Shown: in pieces, positions 54,352-64,000 of the stretch
Layout of the letters: the number at the start of each line of letters is the position of its first letter
Numbering within the stretch: the first letter of the stretch is position 1
DNA from: the human T2T-CHM13v2.0 reference genome, Homo sapiens
Assembly (NCBI RefSeq): GCF_009914755.1
Contig: NC_060936.1
DNA length: 64,000 nt
Direction: 5' to 3' (one strand)
The notes under the pieces: model-generated
Told to the model about the DNA's origin: nothing
What the model saw: the letters and a program-made list of their open reading frames with translations, nothing else
Database searches by the model: none
Made by a program: the position numbers and the translations under genes

Positions 54352-54430
54352 ATAATTAGGTCTTATAACGTCTTGCAATGACATTTGCAAGATGTAAATG
54401 TCATTGCAAGATGTTATAGGACCTAATTAT
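54352..54430. repeat. 79-bp inverted repeat (38-bp arms, 3-nt spacer)
   Basis: Arms 54352-54389 and 54393-54430 pair at 35/38 Watson-Crick positions. Confidence 0.95.
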
Positions 54431-55421
54431 GTCTTGAATTTACTGATGATCCTCTTGATAGCATTTTATAGAATGTGTTTTATTCACATCAGAATTCCCA
54501 GGGATTTGTTTTTTTTTAGAAATAATTATTGTTTTTGTATTTTTATATTTTTGGCTATTTTGACTGACTAAATTGAGGAGGGGACTTAAATGATTAAAAG
54601 AGCTTTGGAGTAGGAAGTAGGGGATCTGCTAAGCCTTTCTTAGCCATGTAACTGTATTATAGAAAGGTCATTTCTTCTCTTCAATCCTCAATTTCCTCCT
54701 TTGTGAAATAGAGACAAACTGTTTTTCTGTGCTTACAGTTGTCTGACATTGTTTAGCCATGGACAAACTTCTGTTCATGTTTGAAGGGGGGAAAAACTAA
54801 AATAAAACAGCAAGAATAGCAAAAATACCCTAGTCTTTTCTTTACAGTAATATGGGGAAACTAAAGTATCTTAAAGTCGTGAAAGTACTTTAAATTCCTA
54901 GGATGAGAGGAAGCATTTAATAAAAAATAAAGATAGGCGAAACTATTTTTAAAGTGCATAATTGCAGTAAATGCAGATTCAGACATACTAATTATCAAAG
55001 TCAAGAATATTAAGTTATTGAGTGGAATTTAATGGCACTATTTGAAAGTCACGACATATTGTTTGATGTGCTGGGCCTAATTTATATGTAAATATAGGCT
55101 CTGTAGTATTGCCTAGACATTTAAGTACTGTCTTAATGGTTTATTCTGGGAAACTGATGTAGATCTCTGCTTGAACATTGTACTTAAACTCTGTAAAACT
55201 ATTTTAGCATGTATATGAAAAATAAAAAGAAGATGCACACTGGTTTTGGAAATGCTCTGGTTGAAATAGGTTCTAAAAATGCTGAGGTATGTAATTATAA
55301 TTACTTTTCAGTAAAGTTACTTTTGCACCAACTCTGGAGTTTTGTAAGAGAATTGGCAGCTGAAATGAGCACACGAGAGAGTTTTATGGTGACCTGCAGT
55401 AGTTAAGATTCCCCTGGCCAA

Positions 55422-55958
55422 TGACAGAGTACAGAAAATGCAACCCCAAAGTGTGGGCTTCTTGACATATTGAGTATGTTAAGCTGAAGGGTATTTAGAA
55501 AATCTCAGAGTAGAAAAGTCTCTCTGAACTTCTCTCTTATAGACCCTTATGTGACAGGGTCCCGCCCTGTCCACAGAGGGAAGGAGTGTTACACAGAGAG
55601 GCCAAGAAGAATCTGAACAAACAGGCCTTGCTAAGCTCCCTTCAGTTGATCATCAGTAGGTCATACACTCTTTTTGTCTAGTCATACTTCTACATGACTT
55701 TCCATTCTTCATCAAACCCAAACATTAAAATACATCAATACACATTGAAAGAGGCCACATATAAATATGAAATTGAGTTGTCTGTTTTCACTGGCTCTTT
55801 GGGTCTTCAACTGTGAAGGCTCCCGTGTCATGGGAAAAATTGTTCAGATAAATTTGTTATGCTTTTCTCTTATTAATCTGTGTTTGTTACAGGGGTATCA
55901 GCCATGACCCTTGTGATGAGTGAGGAGAAGAAATTACTTTTTCTCCTCTCTACCTACA
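55422..55958 (+). mobile_element. MER31B-like ERV1 solo LTR
   Basis: cacagagaggccaagaagaatctgaacaaacaggccttgct; gaaggctcccgtgtca; ends ...cctaca. Confidence 0.75.
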
Positions 55959-58900
55959 TGGGGGTACGTAATTCTATACCCTAACTCCAAAACCTCTTGG
56001 GGGTATACTTGACATTCAACTGAATTCTGACCAATTTATAATAGAAAAAATAGAAAAATAGAGTGATAGAATTTATCATCTGTGATTACTTGATCAGACC
56101 CTTGTATTTCCCCAAATATAAAGATTCAGATCCATAGACATAGAATGGCATTTGCTTAGTTTAATGTTTCTGAACCATCTTTGTTGTGTAATAAGCCTGT
56201 GCTCTTGCTGGTGTTCTAATGATTTCATTACTCATCACAGCTAGTTATCAATTCACCCCCCATTGCCAAAAGCATCTGCTTTTTGCAGTAGTAAAAAGCA
56301 AGATTACAAGAGGGGCATTTGGGGTAACTGACATTTGTCATTCAGCTGAGGGTGGTTCTTCAAGGGCTTTGAAAGTGCCCAGGACAAGAAAACCTTTGTT
56401 TGGGATACACATACCTGCAATTGTAATTCCCAGAAATGTAACTCTATGCTGATGGACCATTGACTTTTGTATTTTTAATAAATGGAGCATAATATTAACC
56501 ACAAATCTTTGTTCCAGTAACCATGTCATGAACAAACGCATCAATACACAGTGAAAGAGGTCACATATAAAGTTGAAATTAAAGTTGTCTTTGTATAGTC
56601 AAAAAATCTAAACCTGGGGATAAAAATGACACCTGTGCCCTACATATCACTCAAAAGAAAGAAGTAAGTTTCAGAAGTTAGGGGGATAAAGACGGGTATT
56701 TCAAAAATAAAGTTTGGCTGAAAACATAAAAAGCCACAGGGACATCACGACCTGGGATGGCTGTAATTAACATGTAAAGCCTTCCACAGTGACTTCTGAG
56801 GGCCGTTCTTTTATCTGCAGTCTGCAGGCTGAAGGCAGACAGTTTTGGAATGCAGATCTAATCACACAGGTCTGTAATTTTGGGGATGATTGAGGTGTTA
56901 ATTGCTCTAGGATTTTGATTGCCAAATGTGGTTTAACCAGGATTGTTAACTATGCTTTCATAAGACACTCTTCTCTTTTTAGTAGAGTTGAAATTTCCTT
57001 GGGAAACTCGAAGTCAGAAATTGCTAATGAAATTCCAGTCTCTGATAAATGTCCACACAGGGGTGTAGCAACTTTAAAAATTCCAAATGGAACAAGCAGA
57101 TAACTGAGGGCTGATTATTATTAAAGGATTATTTAGTTTTATGAAAGTTTTACTATGGAGCTTCTTGGATCCTCTAACAATTATCAGATACTAGGGGAGG
57201 TAGGGTAAAGACAGAGAAACTTAACCTAAAGTGTTAGAAATTATTCACATCGGGTGATCTATTGCAGATGAAAACAAAATATGCCTGAAATTAAGTGGAA
57301 GAATCAGGTTTGACATGTGCTCAATTTCCAGTAGCTAATTTATGATGTTGAGCGCTTCCTGTAGGACAGGCAATGTGTAACTGACCACATGATGGCACCT
57401 CTTGGTACCTTCTTTGGCCAATGTAGGTGATTTGTGTGTGTTACATGATTGTGATTACCTGATTGTAATTGTTACATGATTGTGATTGGCCAGGGCGATT
57501 GTGATCGCTACATGAAGACTACTGTTTGGATTCAGATTTTGATTTTGGCCTGAGTTACTTTGGGGTAATAATTAATTATTTTAAACTGCTTTTATGTGAA
57601 TCAGTGGTAGACTTGGCTTTGTTGGTTTGGTTGCCCACCACAACCTTTGGTTGGAAAAATCTAACAAATCATACGTAATTTCTTTTGAAAGACCCAAATT
57701 GGTGAAGACAAATTTTTGGTAAAATCTAACAGGAGTTAAATTCATAAATTTTTCAACCTAAGAAGTACTTGCTTTTTCCGGAGGACTTCCATATCTCTCT
57801 CATTTGAGGGCAAATAATAATCAATACTGTTTGTGTGGGGAAGAGGAATGGCTGGTGGAAAATTCTTTGGCTTTGATTTTGTTCAAGATAAGCAAAAGTC
57901 AGAAAAATTTTAAATTAATACCGTGTTCACTTCATGCAAACAAACAAACAAAACATCCTTAAGCAAATATAAAGAAAAATCCCCATGCATTTCTGTTTCC
58001 CTCACAAATATTGAAACTACAAAAAAAGTTTGAATTTTTTAATTTGACCACATTCTCTTCACTACTCCTAAGAATATGTCATCTTTCCATTCCTTCTTTT
58101 ATCTTTTCATCTATGAATAGTAAAATAAGCTTCACATACTTGGTTCTGAGAAAGGTCCGTGCTTACAGGAAGCAGTATAGAAAAGTTAATATACAGGTTC
58201 AATTCTTTGAAGGATGCTATAGGTTAGAAAAGACAAAAACTTGTTCATTATTCAACATAGACCTCCTTCATTTTAAACAAAATTTCTTGGTTATATATCA
58301 GTTTTACTAATGTTTATTTTTTGTAGTTCAGAGTATTACCCATAACACAATATACCCATTTTAATCAGACCAATTAATTCCTCTATGTCTTGTCCATTGA
58401 AAACAGAATCACTGTCTTGGATGTTACAGAACAAAGTTGTGCCCCAATAGCCAGCAAGTCCTAGGGTGATGGGAGTAAGTATTGTTTAGAGTTTCACAGT
58501 GCTGTTTTCGAAGTTGTATTTTGAGGCTCTTAAACTTGGGTACTCTGTCTTACTGTTTCCAAAGATGGACCTGGTGTGCATGTTCATAATGTTAAATAGC
58601 ACAGTGGTGTTAAACATCAATGCACAGTGTTGCCGGATGCCAGGGCAGGACCGCCTGCTAAATATCGCTTTAGGAAAAATGTATTTACACCCATGCTGAC
58701 AGTTCATTTCCAGGTGGGAGCCTCATGTCTGCCCCATACACTGCAACTTCAATCTTCCCACTGTGAAATTTTAGACAGCTTGTCTGCAGAGGCTCTGCCA
58801 GACCTATTAATATTTATACATTCCATTCACACTCCAGTCAGAGCGTATAAGTTGCAGATCTTTCTGATTTGGAAGCTATTAAGATTCATGACCCCTTTAG

Positions 58901-59529
58901 TTATTTACTTCTCACGGTCTAGGAGCCTTTGCAATCAGCTTACATTTAAGAAGAAAGCACAAATCATTACTGTTCAAATATTGTCCTGTATTGTGACCAT
59001 TTGCAGTCCATCAAAAGAGTGTTAAGAACTTTAATGCATTCATTTATCTCAAGACACTGGTTATTAGATGAGGCATTCTTCTCCCGGAAAGGGATAGAAT
59101 AGCAGTGTTTCTTACACCAGAAATTGCTTTTTTAATTCCAAATTAGGGACTCTCACTGAAGCTTCATATGTTATTAAGAAGCAATAGCTAATCAATTTTT
59201 TCTTCTTGAGAGCAGACATTGATTGAACAAATGATACAGATGATGTACCAGATAGAACAGAACAAAAGACAATCAAATTTTTAGGTGCACATTAGGCCTG
59301 TCTCTGGAGAAGTTCTATTTTCTTAACATAGTAAGTCTTATGTGTCTCTGGTTTACAACATGTTGTGAAATTTGAGATAGGTCTTATATTTAAATAACTT
59401 GTGGGATTATGTGGTATGTTTTATTAGTAGCTATAAGTCATTTAATCCTATTCTATAAAAATAGTCTTATTCTATTGGAAGAAAAGACTGAGAACATTAG
59501 AAGAAAATGTGTGGAGAGGAAAAAGAGGA

Positions 59530-59690
59530 AATTAATATTTGTTCAGTGTTTACTGTGGATTAAGCATTTTACATTTATTAATTATTTTGAACCTTACAAC
59601 AGCCCATGAGGTGGGTATTATGATCCCATTTGCTGACCAGAAATGGAATCTTAAAAAAGTCAAGAGGCTTACCCAAAATCACACATTTAG
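59530..59690 (-). mobile_element. MIR SINE
   Basis: ttacaacagcccatgaggtgggtattatgatcccattt. Confidence 0.7.
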
Positions 59691-61119
59691 TAGGATTTGT
59701 TGGGGGCTGCAGCTCCACAGTGGCTGAGCTGGTTTTTCTTTCGGAAGAACTGGAGAAAAACAATTTTCCCACAATAGGCACAAGGCCTTAGCACCGACCT
59801 TCTCAACTATCTCAACTAAAATAGGACACTATGGTGATTCATGTTTAAATTTATTCAGTGTTTAGTAAATTTTGTAACACATTGAAATGGGTGAGATAAA
59901 CTTGAGGGAAAAAGGCTCAACAAAACAATTCCTTTTATATTAAAAATAAACAAATCAAGAACCACAAAAGAAAGCACGAAAATAATTATGTATCAAAGTC
60001 AGAGGAGGCTTTGAAATGCTGTTTATTTGGGCACGTGACAAGTTTTTAATTTTTTGTTGCTTTTCAAGATTACCATCTTCTTGTCCATCTGGTTTTCTGA
60101 AGAGTGGGCAGAGGATGAAGAACTGACAAGATTAAATACAAGTTTACAGCCTCGATTTTACTTTCTATTGTGTTTTTTCTCTGGCATCACCTGGCTTAAT
60201 GAGAAGTAGCCATTTGATGAGGACAGGCTTTATTCTTGAGAAGCACTCTCTTTCCTTCCAAGGTTAAGTTTAAAGACAAAATCCTTCCGTTTCATTCAAG
60301 TTCTGGCATTCACAGCCTGTGAGGTCACTTTAAGACATCTCAGATTTTGTTGTGACAAAGAAAAATAACCCAGGTTTTGTGCACCCACGTACAAACCTAA
60401 TTTGGTGATTCCTAAAATTTTCTGTCAGCTTTCTGTAGGCAGGAGGTTAAAAAAGGTAGCTGTTTAATCTCTGTTTAATCCTCAAAGTATGTGCCAAAAA
60501 AGGATTTTTCATATGATAGTGAAAATAGCTCTTTCATGCATATTTTCACCAGCAAAAGGTTTAAGTAGGATTTTGAAATATCTTCAGTCACCCCTTTACC
60601 TATCTGAGTTATTCTTATTTCAGTGATGCCATTGGCACCTTGTCAGAGATGTTCGGGGACAGAGGCATTCTAGTAGGAAATTTAAAACTAAAAGAGAGAT
60701 GAGACAACTTTGTTACCCAGCTGAATCATAATTGTGTTTTAAGAAGCTGATGGTACTTCAGGAACACTAAAATACAGATAGCATATTATTATTATTAGGA
60801 TTATTAACCATTATAATATTGTTAATTGCTGTCACCGAGCTACTGTACAACAAAGCCTTAAACCCAACTCCCGTCTTTCTGAGCCCAGAGCCCAAGCTTT
60901 CCTAACCACCGTATTATATTGTTTCTTTGACCCTCCTTCTCCACCCACCCAGCACTCACTCCAGGCCAGCTAATTGCCGCTTCTTGCAGAATTTCCTCAT
61001 CATGACACATCTGTTCCGATTTGTAGCTCTCTGTATATGTGATGGTCCCACCTGCTGGGCTGTCATGTCTTTGAAAATATGGTCAATGCCTTATATATTA
61101 CTGTATTTTAAGCCATGAA

Positions 61120-61325
61120 TGTAACAGAAATGCAGATTCAGTCACTTGTTACTTGCACAGTCCGATTAACAGCAAGGTCTGACATAAAGAAAGTGACTTT
61201 TGGCCAGTGCGGTGCCTCATGCCTGTAATTTGAGCATTTTAGGAGGCCAGGATGGGCAGACTGCTTGAGGCTAGAAATTCAAGAGCAACCTGGGCAACAT
61301 GGTGAAACCTCATCTCTACCCAAAA

Positions 61326-61360
<35 letters not shown>

Positions 61361-62073
61361 GCCAGGTGTGATGGTGTGCACCTGTAGTCCCAGATACTCA
61401 GAAGGATCATGTGAACCCGGGAGATGGATCGAGGCTGCAGTGAGCCATGATCATGCTACTGCACTCCAGTCTGAGTCTGGGCAACAGAGTGTGACCCTAT
61501 CTCAAAAAACAAAACAAAACAAAAAAACAAGAACAAAATTAAAAACAAAGCAATTATTTATTCCAAAGCTAGCTTAGGGGAAGAAGTACAGGCTACCTGC
61601 CTTAAAGGTATTGCTTCTCTTCTGGGGCAGAAAGCAAGGGCTTTTAAAGGGGAACTTGGCATGAACGGCACACAGGGAGGGATGCAACAGGTGGGGATCT
61701 ATGTGACTTCGTGCCTTATCCACCGAGTGGTCAGCCTGGCGTCATTGAGGGCAGAACTAGATTGTAAAGTGGCCATTGTTTCAAGATGCTCTACCAGTGG
61801 GAAAGAGTTTCATAGCAGGCTTACTTTAAGTGTAAATTGCTCAAGGCAATCTCCTGGTGGGAGAGGTCTCAGCTCTGAAGCTTCTAAGCACACAGTTAGA
61901 TGAACTTGCCTTGTAGGGAGTGTCTGGTGAAGGGAAGGTAGAAGGTTATAATTACATTTCTAAAGAGCCAAGTAGGAAGTGGGGAACAGGGGAAGAGGAG
62001 GAAAGAGGAAGAAAAAAAATTAAAAAATAACTCATTCTTTTTTTCCTAGAAAAATGGGGGGTCCTTGATTACG
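61120..62073 (-). mobile_element. LTR39-like ERV1 LTR interrupted by AluJ
   Basis: tgtaac...aaagaaagtgactttt [Alu] ttattccaaagctagcttaggggaagaagtacagg...aaaatggggg; subfamily from memory. Confidence 0.65.
61202..61550 (+). mobile_element. AluJ with (TAAA)n expansion in the middle linker (~61322-61359)
   Basis: J diagnostics gaggctgcagtgagccatgatc; A/C-rich tail. Confidence 0.9.
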
Positions 62074-63339
62074 TTAGTGGGTAGTTTCCATTTTCTTGGC
62101 ACAGAATTGTCTCTTCATAAACGTTTGTTTAGTGAATGATTACTCTCCTGAATAGTTACTATTTTATAACTTTATTCTTTAATGCACATTTTTGGAGTAC
62201 AAAACTTCAGAAATAGAATCAACATTTTTAATAATTGTCAGGCTTCACACAGAAAGAGGAGACTAGTTAAATAAACTCATCTTTGAAAAGGTCTTTTAAG
62301 ACTCTCCCCCAACCATCACAAAACACAGGAAGAGGAAGCAGTAAAGCAAACCTGTGGCTTTGGGAGACACCTACTGCCAGAAAGGATTGCAGTTTGGGGT
62401 GGAAATATTTCTGATACCCAGGTTGGTGTTGTGCCAATTGTGACAGTTGGCAAATACAACAGTTTTTATTGTATTTGCTTTTAAGAAAATATTCACATCC
62501 CTTTGAGTACAGGTTCCCTGTAGTATCTAAATCAATAGTGCCTTTAGACTCCATGTGACATTAATCCAACAAGAAAATCAGGTTCTCGTGCACCCAGATT
62601 TCCACTTGTACCTGTCACAATCAATTAAATTGATAGTGATTACAGAGAGATTACTTGGCTTGCTGAAGACCACATGGCCAGGAAGAAGGTTCAAGGCCAG
62701 AGCCCAGGCCTTTTGCTCCAGTGTACTTTACATTTACCAGCTGCCTCTGGGCTAGAAAAACTGCAGTTGTGTTTTCTGCTCTTACTTCAAGAGGTTGTTA
62801 TATATCATGAGGTTAAGTACCTGATAGTTGTAGGCAGACTGTAATATATACAAATGAAGAGTACTAATATTAAATCTAGCAGATTAACCACAAGCTTTCC
62901 TCTCTGTAGACTCAACCAGGCAAATCTGGCCTCTTAAAGTTTGCTGAACTGTCTAATTCCAGGAAAAATCTGCCTTAAAAAATCTCAAGCACCCAAACTG
63001 TGAAAATAAAAATTAAAAGAACTTATGTCCCGTTGATGTTTAAGAATAAACAGACTTTTAGAAAACTCAGTGTTACGGCAAAAAAGAGACTGAAGAAAGA
63101 TATCTGTGAAGTTCAAAATTTTGGGAGTAGTTTTTTCTTTTACCTTTTCATTTTATCGGCCTGCCTGTATCCACAATGGTAATTCTTTATTTTTTTCCCC
63201 TAGGTTTGACTTTTTTTCTCCCAACTCAAGAAAGTCCTACTGAGAGAAAATGCTTTGCAGAATTGTTTAATTATCACTAGATTTCTCAAAAAAAATTGTG
63301 ACAGGGACTAATAATTCAGATTCAATGTTCAGTCTCTTT

Positions 63340-63935
63340 TTTCTACCACAATAGAACCACTGGTTTTTAGCTGTGCACCTGGCTTCTAGAACAAAAACTC
63401 TTATTTACAAACCTACCTTTTAGCCAGGTGTGACCATGTGACTAATCACTGGCCAATGAGATATGAGGAGCAGAGACGTGTTGGACTTCTGAAACTCTTA
63501 CCTCCTGAAAGCGGGTGGGAATAATGTTCCCCCTTTTCCCACCCTCTTTCTTTATCCTGCTGCTCAAAATGTGGATTAAGATGAGCTACTTTGCACCAGG
63601 TAGATGAGAACAGAAACCTGAGGCTGTTGGAACCTGGGTCTTTTTTTGCATGTGACGGGGTTTTGCTCTGTTGCCCAGGCTGGAGTACAGTGGCATGATC
63701 ATAGCTCACTGCAGCCCTGAACTCCTGGTCTCAAGTTTTCCATCCTGCCTCAGTTTTCCAAAGTGTGAGGACTACAGGTGTGAGACACTACATCCAGATG
63801 AGCCTAGATCTTTTAATGCATTTGCAAAACAGGGCTGTCCTACCAGCTTTCATGACTAGAAAGAAATGAACTTCTGTCTTAAGACACTGCTATTTTGGGC
63901 CTATTAAACATATAGCCAAATTTATATATACCCAA
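63340..63935 (+). mobile_element. MLT1J-like LTR interrupted by an Alu monomer
   Basis: ccatgtgactaatcactggccaatgagatatg...aacttctgtcttaagacactgctatttt. Confidence 0.6.
63641..63798 (-). mobile_element. Alu monomer (FRAM/FAM-like)
   Basis: Single arm; degenerate TSD gaacctgggtctttt/gagcctagatctttt. Confidence 0.75.
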
Positions 63936-63987
63936 TATAAATGCAGAGAAGGTGGCAGATTATTTTCAGATCAGAAATGAGTTTGAG

Positions 63988-64000
63988 GGCTGGGCACGGT
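63988..64000 (+). mobile_element. 5' start of an Alu running off the window
   Basis: ggctgggcacggt. Confidence 0.6.

Noticed and set aside
55317-55332. ttacttttgcaccaac, matching the MADE1/Hsmar1 TIR (miR-548 source)
   Set aside because: Only a 16-bp single arm with no partner repeat

Overview
Primate (probably human or great ape) AT-rich, repeat-dense intergenic or intronic DNA. I find no credible protein-coding exon, RNA gene or CRISPR array; the ORF track consists of Alu, L1, MaLR and VNTR read-throughs or chance ORFs. The one gene-derived sequence is a disrupted processed RPL21 pseudogene inserted in sense orientation inside a MER57-like ERV1 LTR. The rest is layered Alu (J/S/Y/FRAM), L1 (PA, MA, ME), L2, MIR, L3, MaLR (THE1/MST/MLT1), ERV LTR and hAT (MER1B/MER5A) remnants, separated by a few repeat-poor, motif-rich blocks that may be enhancers. 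I cannot support a new gene system. The most notable unexplained structures are a 79-nt near-perfect hairpin (54352-54430), a perfect 56-bp palindrome abutting a 36-bp VNTR (20453-20714), two dispersed templated copies (44954->47470 and 56539->55733), a cluster of local duplications at 44.7-47.6 kb, and the LTR-promoter/RPL21 retrocopy cassette. Repeat subfamily names are from memory of consensus sequences, and boundaries of old repeats are approximate.
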